A stretch of 64,000 nucleotides of DNA from Eledone cirrhosa (taxonomy: Eukaryota). Below are positions 43,585-56,132 of the stretch, piece by piece (the first letter of the stretch is position 1; every line of letters starts with the position of its first letter). Where the stretch lies: positions 155,744,001 through 155,808,000 of the forward strand of contig OZ024740.1 in the NCBI GenBank assembly GCA_964016885.1, written 5' to 3'. The translations under genes and the position numbers were made by a program. The notes beneath the pieces are model-generated. The model did no database searches. It worked only from the letters and a program-made list of their open reading frames with translations, and was not told the DNA's origin.

Positions 43585-45906
43585 TGTAGTGACCTACATT
43601 CCGCGGGCTCACATACATTCTCTGTGCGTGATTTGGCTCAGTTCAGCCAATCAGCGCCAGTAGAAGAGGATGTATCCCTACGCGTCCTGAGGGAGAAATT
43701 ACCCGCGAAGATTTGAAGAATCTCTCTCTCGCACCAGGAACTTCGAACCAGCAACACGTACATGTGACGGTGAGATATTGCACCCTAGCCTGCCGGCTTT
43801 CCGGCGCAATGGCACATTCCCTTTTGTAACCTCATTTTTATGTGTAACTTCAACCATACAAGTTAACCAACATTATTTGTGCTACAACAAAAATAAACAT
43901 ACATTTCATCTCTAATTTCTGCTGTTGACATCATTATTATGTTACTCGTGTCTCAATAACATTTATAATCCATGCTGCTAAACTGGTGACCGACGTAAGA
44001 ATTTTACGCAGCCTTTTTATTCAGTTGAACTTCACTGCTATTACCACGTTGCCAACCTTTTCGCAACTTACGAAAATACAAAATATTCCTTTTAAAATTT
44101 AAAAAAAATTAGCAGTATTTCAAAAATTTTTCGCCACGAGGAAATTTCAAAATGGCTACCGATAAGTCCTGTCTACAATCAACAACAACAACAACAACAG
44201 CAGCAGTAGCAGCGACAACATTGTTTAACCACTAACCAACAACAGGGAATAGTGATATGGCAGCTTCATAGCCTTACCGACGCAACCACCACACATCATA
44301 TTGTTTACTTCTATGCTTTCACATGTATTTTCAAAATTATAACCCTGAGACATTTTTTTTTTCTTTCGATACGGCTTCCTGCAATACAAACAAGCAACAC
44401 AACCTTATGTCACACAAGGTGGTAGGACGGTAAAATGGCCACGAAAACTCTCAAAAACATTATACATCTAACCCCTAGTGGCATTAACAAACTTCTTTTT
44501 CAGTTTTCAGATAGAACTAGTGTCAGAAAGTCTGTACACTGGTGATGTGTGAACTATTTGACTTTGAAAAACTTTGAACTTATCATTGAGCATTAATTTC
44601 TCTGCTCCTTTATATTGACTTTGAATTATCAGTTTGTTACATTCACATATTTCTTTGTAAAATGCATTTACTTGTTTTGTGCTCTTTTGCTATTTGCTTG
44701 TTCATGGTTTTTATTCATTCACATTCTTTGCTGTTTTACATGCCTGCATATGCACACATTTCTTTGTCACCTACCAACATGTTGTTCTTAGTATATGTTC
44801 TTCAAACGTAATATTCTGCGAGATCCCTTTTCACCTGGTTGAGGTGCCGTCACATGCTAGCGACTCATAGAGCTTAATTCACCTGGATTCAAACAGGCAC
44901 CGCAACACAGGAATGCTAATTGCAGCTGAACTCAAACAGTTTCGCATCTCGTTGCACACTTATCGTCCATAACAACCTCTATCTTGTTATCTTACCTGAC
45001 TCGCTGGGAGGACAACAGATGGAACTGGACTTGTCAGCATTTCCACCACTTCTGTGGATTCACCCGAATTATGGAATTTACACTGCAACCCACCTTCAGA
45101 TTCAACTTGCTTTGTTTCTTTTCAAAGCAACCAGCCATTTTTTCCTGGCTCTCTAGCACATTCGGCAATACATCTGGGAGGCCAACATTTTCTCGCCTAC
45201 CCATCATCTTCATCCACATCTTCTCGCCTACCCATAATAGCTTCATCCACAGCTACTGGTACAACACTTACCATTAACATTTAATGCAAGAACAGCAACT
45301 TCGCCCATGTCAAACTTTATCCGTTTTCTGTTAGACCTTTGGTGGTCACGTATAAACTACAAAACAGCTAGTCATTTGACACAGCGGCTCAACACGGCCC
45401 TTAGCGCCTCATTTTTTTTCTTGCATGCATCCTTCTGCTCAATTATTTTTCACTGATGTGCTCTTTCAGCATTTGTTCTTGCTGATTCAATAATCTGTAT
45501 CGACTTCCGTCTAGGAGGGGAGTATTGTAGTGACCTACATTCCGCGGGCTCACATACATTCTCTGTGCGTGATTTGGCTCAGCTCAGCCAATCAGCGCCA
45601 GTAGAAGAGGATGTATCTCTACGCGTCCTGAGGGAGAAATTACCCGCGAAGATTTGAAGAATCTCTCTCTCGCACCAGGAACTTCGAACCAGCAACACGT
45701 ACATGTGACGGTGAGATATTGCACCCTAGCCTGCCGGCTTTCCGGCGCAATGGCACATTCCCTTTTGTAACCTCATTTTTATGTGTAACTTCAACCATAC
45801 AAGTTAACCAACATTATTTGTGCTACAACAAAAATAAACATACATTTCATCTCTAATTTCTGCTGTTGACATCATTATTATGTTACTCGTGTCTCATGCT
45901 GCTAAA
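43585..45906 (+). mobile_element. Small non-autonomous LTR retrotransposon (Gypsy-like LTR/PBS/PPT)
   Basis: Near-identical LTRs at 43585-43982 and 45526-45906, both starting tgtagtg. PBS-like tggtgaccgacg at 43984, PPT ctaggaggggag before the 3' LTR, aataaa within the LTR. Possible gag relic (FPP..W..PELW) near 45040-45075. Confidence 0.9.
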
Positions 45907-46599
45907 CGTGTTAGTGCTCAGGTCATGGTAGTGTTAGTTTTAGTGCTAGTGTTCAGGCTAATGTTTGTGCTAATGTTAGTTTTAGTGTAAGTATTCAGGT
46001 TAGTGTTAGTGTTTGTATTAGTGTTTACGGTAGTGTTAGTTTTAGTGCTGGTGTTCAGGTTAGTGTTAGTGTCAGTTTTAGTGTTAGTGTTCAGGTTAGT
46101 GTTAGTGTCAGTTTTAGTGTTAGTGTTCAGGTTAGTGTTTGTGTTAGTTTTCTATTTAATGTTAGTTTTCAGATTTTGTGTTTGTGTTAGTTTTCATGTT
46201 AGCGCTAAGTTCACTGTTAGAGCATGTGTGAGTGCAAGTGTTAGGGTAAGTTATTTTTAAAGTTCGGTTTTAGCTTAAAGTTAGGTTTTCTACTTTCCAG
46301 GATAAAAGTTGATCCTCTCTAACTTGAGTGGTGTGATATAGTGTGGTAAAGTATAGTGTTTCATAGTCTTGTGTGGTGTTGTCTATTGTTGTATAGTGTA
46401 GTATGGTATATTGTTTCATAGCATGGTCTGATGTGAGGTCGTACAGTGTTTCGTAGTGTGGTGTTGGATAATGTAGTATGGTATAATGTTTGTCAGTGTG
46501 GTGTGGCATGGTATGGTGTAGGTTGATTATAATAATACAAATAATAATAACAATAATAATAGTAATAATAATTGTTCTTCTTGTTCATTTTCTTTGTCT

Positions 46600-46848
46600 T
46601 CTTCTGTGCCTTTGACTTCTTCTGTGCCTTTGACTTCTTCTGTGCCTTTGACTTCTTCTGTGCTTTTGACTTCTTCTGTGCTTTTAACTTCTTCTGTGCC
46701 TTTGACTTCTTCTGTGCCTTTGACTTCTTCTGTGCCTTTGACTTCTTCTGTGCTTTTGACTTCTTCTGTGCTTTTGACTTCTTCTGTGGCTTTGACTTCT
46801 TCTGTGCCTTTGACTTCTTCTGTGCTTTTGACTTCTTCTGTGCCTTTA
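46600..46848. repeat. 18-bp minisatellite (ttcttctgtgcctttgac)n, about 13 copies
   Basis: Read directly. Open on the minus strand as EEVKGT or QKKSKA repeats. Confidence 0.95.
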
Positions 46849-47299
46849 TCTTCTCCTCTGCCATCTAAATACCAAAAACAAAGAATGTAAAACATATATG
46901 TTGCCTATCTCTCAGACTTTACAAAGTGCTGAGGAGATAAAATTAATTTAAAGAGCAGTGTGCTCATGCACTGTGATCCTATAATGTAGCTTATAAGCTA
47001 TTTCATAACTAAAAAACAATGTCAAACATCAACAAAAGTATATACAAATATCTTTGAATGTTTAAGTTAAATCTAAATAGATCGTATCTACAGGTCATTA
47101 GGTTATGGCTGAACTAAGATCATATCTATAAATCATTAGGTTTAGACTGAACTGAGATCATACTTTCTTCTTCTTTTCGTCATCTTCGTTTCCCGTGTCT
47201 TCTTTGTCTTTGTTGTCATTTTCATTTTAGTTGTCTGCTTCGTCGTCTTTTTCTTCTTTTCCATCTAAATATAAAAAAAAATTGTAAACAAATATATAG

Positions 47300-48337
47300 A
47301 TTTCTATTTATTGCCACTAGGGCGCAAAAGAAGGGGACAAATACAAGGGGGGAGTTTACACAAAAAGGCGAGTAAAGAAAACAAATAACAAATATAAAAT
47401 TAACAATAAAGTCCTCAATAGGGAGGGGGCATTTGGGGGGTCGCACACACCCCCGAAAAAAGTGTGCAACCCCTTCTCCTCAGGAGCACAGAGAGAGGGT
47501 GCTCCCTCGTTCCTTCCTTTTTTCCACCTACAGGCTGATGTAGAGAGAAGGCCCATTCACACGAGCCATTCTCGCCACTTTCGCCCACCTTTCATAAAAA
47601 CGACTGGGGTGGAGCACCTCTCTCTCCATCCTGATCCTTCTTCCAAAGTGGTATCAGAAGAAACGGATCAGTTGTTGGCCAGAGAGAAAGGTGCCTGACC
47701 TCAGTCCTTTCAGACGCGTCCACCATACAACCTCTTTCACCATGGCTATTATGGACAGAAACACCGCCTCTCCTTCATTTTTGAAGGGGGGAGGCGGCTT
47801 AATCGTTACCATGGCCTCGGTTGTCAACCGGATCGGTCCCACCCGTGATAGCAGTCGTTCGACATAGCCCCACAGATCGGCTACGCCCGAGCAGTGTACC
47901 AATGCGTGTGCAACGGTTTCCTCGTCGCACACGCATCTGGGACAGATCTTTTTGGCAGGGTCCCTACCCGGGCGCCCGTGTTTGTAGAGCTTTTCTCGAA
48001 CGGGTAGAGCCCCTCGGTAGCACTGCCAGGCCAGGGACTTCTGGAAGTTGTCCATAGGTCCCGGGCTGAATGTCCTACCGAACAGGCTGGTCAGTTCGTC
48101 TTCATCCATGTCTAGGGCTTTTCCGAGGGCATCGTCGCACTGCTGCGTACCAGCCCTCTATAGAATGTTGCGGTGGAGTCTCCACTGATAACCGGGTCCG
48201 CCTGCTAGAGGGCCGTGAGCGCCTGGGCACACTCAGTGTGCCAGGCGCCCAGTTTTCTCGGTCTTTGCTTGACCCAGGATTGCAGCTCAGTGGGTGAGAC
48301 GAGTCTTGGAAAGGTTCGTCTCACAAACGGGGCCCAC
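47300..48337 (-). mobile_element. 5'-truncated Tx1/L1-clade LINE fragment with 12-bp target-site duplication
   Basis: ORF 47654-48109 has zf-RVT-like LAWQCYRGALPV and CPRCVCDEETVAHALVHC. TSD acaaatatatag at 47288-47299 and 48338-48349. Confidence 0.88.
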
Positions 48338-48799
48338 ACAAATATATAGCTGATCTCTCAGACTGTCACAAAACACCGAGGAGATACAGTTAATATAACG
48401 AGTGGGGAGCTCATATATATATATATATATATATGGTATAGCATGGTGTTATGTGGTCTGGTGTGGTACAACATGGTGTGATGTGGTGTGGTATGATATA
48501 GTGAGGCGGGGAGGGGGGGGACAACGTTATTTAATGTTAACAATACACATGTAGCATCCACATGTGATGATAAGGGGGAAACAGTGTTTAACTAATTTTA
48601 ACTTACATGTAGCATCCATCTACAGGTGATTAAGTTAAGACTGAGGTGTAATCATATGAAAAGGTCAATTTAAAACTACACTGAGATTCTGCTTAAAATG
48701 ATGGTCAATGAAGTGTTTACTTACTCAGATCCTTTGAAATAACTTTCTTTCTCTTACTGTAACTGGACATACCTACGAAATAGAAAACAGTCGAATAGA

Positions 48800-49200
48800 C
48801 AGTGGTGTGGTGTAGTGTGGTGTGGTGTAGTGTAGTGTGGTTTAGTGTAGTGGACAGTGGTGTGGTGTAGTGTAGTGGAATGTGGTTTAGTGTAGTGGAC
48901 AGTGGAGTGGTGTAGTGGAGTGTGGTGTAGTGGAATGTGGTTCAATGTAGGGTGGGAGATATGGTGTAGTGGAGTGTGATGGCATGTGATGTGGCGTGAC
49001 GTGGTGAAATGTGATGTGATGTGAATAAATGTGGCGTGGCGCGGTGAAATGTCATGTGATGTGATGAAATTTGGCGTGGCGTGGTGAAATGAGGCGGGGC
49101 GAGGCGAGACGAGACGAGACGTGATGTGATATGGTGTGATGTGGTGTGGTGTGATGTGGTGAGATATGGTGTGATGTGGTGTGGTGTGATGTGATGTGAA
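48800..49200. repeat. Degenerate pentamer repeat (GTGTG/GTGTA/GTGAT)
   Basis: Read directly. Similar arrays at 46325-46520 and 50340-50760. Confidence 0.9.
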
Positions 49201-50338
49201 ATTTTTTCATCCTATTTTTCATGTGCTATCAACTAATCCAATCTCCAAGATGCTTGAAACTGACTTTTTCCCCCCAGGAAAACGGCGGGGTGAGGTGGTT
49301 CCCCCTTCACCCGGATAACCCCTGCTTACTCGGAATTTTCTCTTTAATTCTATTTTCATGCGTTATCCGTGAATATGACTTCCAAACCAGTCAAAAACAA
49401 CTAGTTTTGGAGAAAGAAGAGGGAGAGGGGAAGAGCTTTGCAGATCTACACCCCACTCACATGTTGTGGAACTTAATCATTTTCGGTATATTTCCTGTGC
49501 TATTTCCTGTGCTATTTCCTATGCTATTTCCTATGCTATTTCCTGTGCTATTTCCTGTGCTATTAATTAATCTGACCTCCTAGATGCTTCCAACCAACTT
49601 ATTTCCCTGGGTTAGGTTTAGGGTTGGGGTAATGTTTAGGGTTTAGTTTTAGGGTTGGGGTAATGTTTAGGGTCTAGTTTTAGGGTTGGGGTAAAGTTTA
49701 GGGCTTAGTTTTAGGTTTGGGGTAAAGTTTAGGGTTTAGTTTTAGGTTTGGGGTAATGTTTAGGGTCTAGTTTTAGGGTAATGTTTAGGGTCTAGTTTTA
49801 GGGTTGGGGTAAAGTTTAGGGTTTAGTTTTACAGTTGGGGTAATGTTTAGGGTTTAGTTTTATGGTTGGGGTATAGTTTAGGGTTTAGTTTAAGGGTTGG
49901 GGTAATGTTTATATTTAGATTTAGCTTGGTTTGGTTTAGATTTAGAGTTTAGGGTTGGGGCTAGATTTCATTTTATGTTTAATTTAGTTTTAGTTTCCAA
50001 ATCCCAGAAAAAAAAATTTGATTCAGAGCAACTAAAAGGTCAGATTAGTTGATAGCACTCAAAAGGAGACCGAAGAAAAATCATTAGGGTATATATCTAC
50101 AAAACGACAATGGTTTTTCCACCTGCTTTACCCCTCCTTTTTCCTAGAACAACTAATCATTTCCAACTGGTTTGGAGGTCATATTCGTTGATAACATACA
50201 ACAAATCTTAGAGAAAACTTTGGGGTTAAATGAGAGAAGTGCATCCACCTAAGTTTTCCATGAAGAGAGAGTCAATAACAAATATCTTGGAGTTCGGATT
50301 AGTTGATAACACATGAAAAAAGATATGGAAAAATTTTT
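49200..50338. mobile_element. Foldback-like element: diverged inverted arms around a telomere-like ~30 bp repeat
   Basis: 49200-49600 is inversely similar to 50020-50338 (catgtg.tatcaactaatcc; gaatatgac.tccaaaccagt). Centre 49605-49995 is (tttagggtttagttttagggttggggtaatg)n. Confidence 0.65.
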
Positions 50339-50949
50339 GGGTGTTATGTGGTGTGGAGTAGTGTGGTGTGTTTTTATGTGGTGTGATGTAGTGAGGTGTG
50401 TTTTTATGTGGTGTGATGTAGTGAGGTGTGGTGTGTTGTGTTGTGGTGTGATGTAGTGAGGTGTGTTTTTATGTGGTGTTATGTAGTGAGGTGTGGTGTG
50501 TTGTGTTGTGGTGTTATGTGGTGTGGAGTAGTGTGGTGTGTTGTAGTGAGGAGTGGTGTGTTGTGTTGTAGTGAGGAGTGGTGTGTTGTGTTGTGGTGTT
50601 ATGTGGTGTGGAGTAGTGTTGTATGTTTTTATGTGGTGAAGTGTGGTGTGATGTGGTGCGGTGCACTGCGATGTGGTGTGGTGCAGTGCGGTGCGGTGAA
50701 GTGTGGTGTTGTGCAGTGCGGTGCGGTGAAGTGTGGTGTTGTGCAGTGCGGTGCAGTGAGGTTCTTCATCTTTATCTTTCTCTTCTTCATCTTTGTATTC
50801 ATCTTCTTTGTTTTGTCTTCCATCTAAACAAAAAAAATATATAAAACAAATATATAGCCAATCTCTCAGACTTTTACAAAGCTCCAGGGAGATAAATTTA
50901 ATATAAGTGGTGTGTTCCTGAACAGAGATACTACAAAATAGCTTAAAAG

Positions 50950-51009
<60 letters not shown>

Positions 51010-51010
<1 letters not shown>

Positions 51011-52180
51011 TACACGGGTGTGTATAATTGTGTATAGAAGATTATATTAATAAAAGGAATTCCTACTTTGTCTGATTTACTCGTTTTATTTACAATCCTT
51101 TAAAATTATAATGGTATTAGAATGAAACAGTATGGTACAATATTAAGTGTTAATTGAACAAGTAATTTCATGCTTTCGCAATCTTCAGGTTCATATTCTG
51201 TGGTGACAGTCAAGTTTACAATTTTCAACTGTAATGAGATGGGTAAATTTTGTAAAGCGGCTACAGAATGCTAAATTTTGTAAACTATTTCGACCAATCG
51301 GTGTGTAGTTTCACTGGATTACTGAAGCTGATTGGTTTAGGCATCACGGTTGGTTGGGCATGTCTAACGACTTGTATTTGGCCCTATTCAAAGCATCAAT
51401 TGTTTTGCTATTTTTAGAAATGATGAAAATAGCATTTTCTAGGGTTTTTATACCCCTAAGAATTATTATTGTTCATTTAGCTTGGGTTGGAATTTTGAAA
51501 AATATTCCCAAATGCAAATATGAAGTGCAAAAGCAGAAATCTAATTTACTGCATTAAATGCCCGAATCGTGAAGAACTATATGTCAGTCAAACTGGAAAT
51601 GCACTATCGGAACGTGCACGGGTGCACCGACAGCAAATCAGAGACCCAAATATCCGTCAGATACCCCTGAGTAACCATCTAGCAACATGTGGTCAGAAAA
51701 TATTTATAATATTTCCATTCTACAAATTACACAGGCCAAGTGAAATCAAGAGAAAAATCAAAGAAAATAATTTTATTCATAAATTCCAACCCAAGCTCAA
51801 TGAACAATAATAATTCTTAGGGGTATAAAAACCCTAGAAAATGCTATTTACATCATTTCTAAAAATAGCGAAACAATTGATGCTTTGGATAGAGCCAAAT
51901 AGAAGTCGTTAGACATGCTCAACCAACCATGACGCCTAAACCAATCAGCTTCAGTAATCCAGTGAAACTATACACCAATTGGTGGAAATACAGTTTGCAA
52001 AATTTAGCATTCTGTAGCCGCTTTTCACTGTATATAAGGCACAAAATTTACCCATCTCATTACAGTTGAAAATTGCAAACTTGACTGTCACCACAGAATA
52101 TGAACCCGAAGATTGCGAAAGCATGAAAGTACTTGTTCAATTAACATTTAACACTTAATATTCTACCATACTATTCAGAT
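51010..52180 (+). mobile_element. Penelope-like element relic: GIY-YIG endonuclease C-terminus between inverted pLTRs with hammerhead motifs
   Basis: ORF 51520-51810 reads CKSRNLIYCIKCPN..LYVSQTG..LSERARVH..LSNH..KE..FI.KFQPKLN. 51115-51497 is an inverted copy of 51780-52176. Hammerhead motifs at 51155-51193 (-) and 52101-52139 (+). Confidence 0.88.
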
Positions 52181-52215
52181 TACATCTATAAAATTCAGAT
52201 TACGTCTATATATAT

Positions 52216-52257
<42 letters not shown>

Positions 52258-52266
52258 TCATATATA

Positions 52267-52915
52267 CACTTCTACGAAATGTAATGTAAAAATACCATTT
52301 TCTTCTTGTCTCCCCACCCTTCGGTGCATTCATTCATATATCTGTAGAATCACCCAGAATCCAATCCTACTTTCTCAATGCTATTCTATAATTCTGTCTG
52401 GCTGTTCTAAATAATCTTGTGTATTTTAAAATCCCAGTATATCGCTTGTTACTGTTATATGCTTTATTTAAAACACTTCTCCTCGCTTAATCTTAATTTT
52501 GGCCGACATTTTCCAGGATTCATAAAAATGGCCTCCCTAGTCCCTCTAAATCTCTGTCACCCCCCCTCTTTATCACATACGTGCCTGTTGGTCTCTCTCT
52601 CTCTCACTCGAGCACTCCCTACTCGCACCAAATATAAATAAACCTATTACGAGGCACGAATCTCAGAATTTGTCAACTCTTATTAATGGTCAGTCCACTT
52701 CTACGAAATGTAATGTAAAAATACCATTTTCTTCTTGTCTCCCCACCCTTCGGTTCATTCATCCATATATCTGTATAATCGCCCAGAACCCAATCCTACT
52801 TTCTCAATGCTATTCTATAATTCTGTCTGGCTGTTCTAAATAATCTTGTGTATTTTAAAATCCCAGTATATCGCTTGTTACTGTTATATGCTTTATTTAA
52901 AACCTTCTCCTCGCT
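52267..52915. repeat. Direct repeat of ~225 bp (52267-52490 and 52697-52915)
   Basis: cacttctacgaaatgtaatg...ttctcctcgct occurs twice with few differences. Confidence 0.85.
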
Positions 52916-52989
52916 CGCTAACTACCCCATACCCCTCTCGCCCGCCCCCACTCTCCACCATTATTATTTGGACCAATCATAAGTCAGCG

Positions 52990-54000
52990 GCCTATGCTAT
53001 CACTTCTGGTTGCTTTTCGATATGATGGATGGACTAAGGAACTCTGGAGAGTCTGAAGAATCTGGACACTTAGAGACAATGGCAAAGATAACGACAAATT
53101 CACCTCATGCTGCCGGACGAAAGGGCAAGGACTCCTCCTCTTTGTTTCGGCCGCGGATGGCCAACATAATCCCCCCCCCCCTCCCCGCGCCCCACCCACT
53201 AAACGCAATCCAAAACTTCAGAGTTGGTACCAGGAATGTAGGCACCTTAAAAGGTCGCTCTAACGAGGTTGTAGAAATGGTTGAACGTAAAGAGGTTGAT
53301 GTTTGCTGTATCCAAGAGACCAGGTGGAGGGGCGAGTCTGCTAGATTCATTGTGGGTAAAAAACGATGCTATAAGCTTTTCTGGGTGGGAAATGACAATG
53401 GGCTGGGTGGGGTAGGAATCATGTTAGCAGAAAAATGGGTGGATAAGATAATAGACGTAAATAGAGTGAACGACAGAATAAGGTGGAGGGGTCAATTAAG
53501 GCCAAAAAGCAGGCTTGGAAAGTATGGCGGGATGGGGGGAAGTACGTAGAGAAGACTATCAAGTGGCCAGGAGGGAAGCTAGGAGACAAGTGTACTTCGC
53601 AAAAAGGGAAGCAGAGGAAAGAAAGTTCAAGCATGTTCTACAACGCGAGGACCAAAAACGTGAGGTGTTCAGGATTGCTAGGCAATGTGTCAAGGAAAAC
53701 CGTGATATTGTCGGGGTGAAGTGTGTCATTAATGATGATGGTGTACTTGCCATCACTGACGCTGATAAGAAAGTAGCTTGGAAGTGTCACTACGAAAGGC
53801 TACTAAATGAGGAGAATAAATGGGAGAAAGACAGTCTCCCCCACATCGATCCAATAGAAGGGACTAGCAGTGCTAGTTGAAGGTAGTATAATAAGTAAGG
53901 CAATCAAAGATATGAAGACGGGTAAGGCCGCTGGGTCTTCGGAAATAGTTGCTGAAATGCTGAAAGCATCTGGAACGGTGAGACACACTATGGTCACCCA
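52990..54000 (+). mobile_element. RTE LINE 5' part (APE N-terminus, internal deletion, linker)
   Basis: FRVGTRNVGTLKGRSNEVVEMVERKEVDVCCIQETRWRG, then a jump to KAKKQAWKVW...AWKCHYERLLNEE...GKAAG. Confidence 0.88.
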
Positions 54001-54659
54001 AAGACAGAACCACGTTTATGGTATAAAAGAAGTCGTAGACTAATGTTCTCTTAGGTGGTTCATAGAGACATTCTCTGGCAATGAACGGAAAAAACGAAGA
54101 TAATACGTCATATGTGGAGCGTGGAGAACAAATGCACGCAAAGACAAAACCACGTAAATGGTATAGCTGAAGTCGTAGACTAAATTCTAACTAGGAAACC
54201 GAATGAATCTCCACTTCAGAGTTAAGAATAAAGTAAATAAATACAATACAGGAGTAATAGAAATTAAATAAATGCATACACACATTCAAATACGTACATA
54301 CACAAGCATACGCAAAACACTTGTCATAGGTATACAAAACCACACACATATAAATATGTGTGTGTGTGTGCGTGTATACAAATAAATAATTAAATAAACG
54401 TATATAAATAAATAAATACGTATATAACAAGCGCCCCCACATACCTACATGTAAATACACTATGTATGTATGAAACTTAATTATTCGTGCAATGCGACTC
54501 CTGTAACGTTTTTAATAATTATTTGATATTACTTACCATTTGCTTTTATTGTTCTTCTTTACTCCTGCGTTTGTTGACATTTCCACTATTCACTGGAGAA
54601 AAATAGCGCCAAACTTTTCCTTTTGAAAGAATAATGTGATTGTGTTCACGTGATATATA

Positions 54660-54796
54660 GCTGGCAGGCGAAGGTGACGTCATTCGTCATCGTTTATTTC
54701 CGTAACTCCACTTACGCGTGGTAGTAATACGGAAATAAACGATGTTTTGCTTTCATCGGCTGCTTTCGACTGACAGCTAATAGCGTTGTAGTGCCA
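54660..54796 (-). mobile_element. Isolated copy of the Merlin element terminus
   Basis: Reverse complement of 29155-29255 (ggcactacaacgctattagctgtcagtc...). Confidence 0.8.
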
Positions 54797-54799
54797 TAT

Positions 54800-54872
<73 letters not shown>

Positions 54873-54928
54873 GTGCGACAGGTAGTTTACTTTAGTTCTC
54901 TCTATTAGTGCGGACAATATCGGCCTTC

Positions 54929-55006
54929 CACATGCTGATGACCCACAGGACAGAATTGGAACCCATTTAAATGGCGAAACATTCTCCTGGTGAGTTTGTA
55001 CATGTG
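54929..55006 (+). ncRNA. Type I hammerhead ribozyme motif
   Basis: Stem I cacatg/catgtg, CTGATGA at 54935-54941, GAAA at 54976-54979, stem III ca/tg, GUA cleavage triplet at 54998-55000. Confidence 0.68.
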
Positions 55007-55196
55007 TGACCTAGGTATGAGGTTGGTTTCTCATTTTAATTTATACTTTTAATTTTAATATTTTTCCTATGCCTCTATTAGCTTATATTCTCTTCTCGCT
55101 GGTGGTTTCAAATTCCTGTAAAGAAAAACACTCTTCTGTGTCTTTCCCCTCTAATATATTGTATTTATATATACATATATATATATTTATATATAC

Positions 55197-55251
<55 letters not shown>

Positions 55252-55557
55252 CATACAAATGAATATATGATAGGGATAAACACTAATACAAGTATACATG
55301 TGTTCGCATTGCAAATGACCAAGTTAGCTAGATTGAAAAATACTAATTAAAATAATACGGTTTGCCTGTCTCGATTTAAAATAATAAATCAATAAAAACA
55401 AACCTATATTGGCAATAGCCGTGAGACTGGACACATTTTAAATTTTAAATTTGTTTCGCAACAATTAAGTGAAAGTTCCTATTCTCTTCTGCAGGTATCC
55501 AGAAATTGGTAAGTTTCACTTCAAAATACTTAAGAAGACTGAGAGATGTTTTTTAAC

Positions 55558-55738
55558 GTATATTAATATATATATTTATATATTTATATATATATTTATA
55601 TTATATATATATTAATATATATATTTATATATTTATATTTATATATTTATATATATATATTTATATATATATATTTATATATAAATGAAAGGTATAGAAA
55701 TTATATATATATAGAAATTATATATATTTATATATATA

Positions 55739-55784
<46 letters not shown>

Positions 55785-56100
55785 TATATATATATATATT
55801 TATATATATATATTTATATATATATATTTATATATATATATTTATATATATATATTTATATATATATTTATATATATATATATTTATATATATATATTTA
55901 TATATATATATTTATATATATATATTTATATATATTTATATATATATATTTATATATATATATTTATATATTTATATATATATTTATTTATATATATATA
56001 TATTTATATATATATATATTTATATATATATATTTATATATATTTATATATATATATTTATATATATATATTTATATATATATATTTATATATATATATT

Positions 56101-56132
<32 letters not shown>

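Noticed and set aside
46600-46848. Regular short repeats suggesting a CRISPR array
   Set aside because: Contiguous 18-bp units with no spacers, eukaryotic context, no cas genes.
49605-49995. True telomere
   Set aside because: Repeats are degenerate 30-mers with sequence continuing on both sides.
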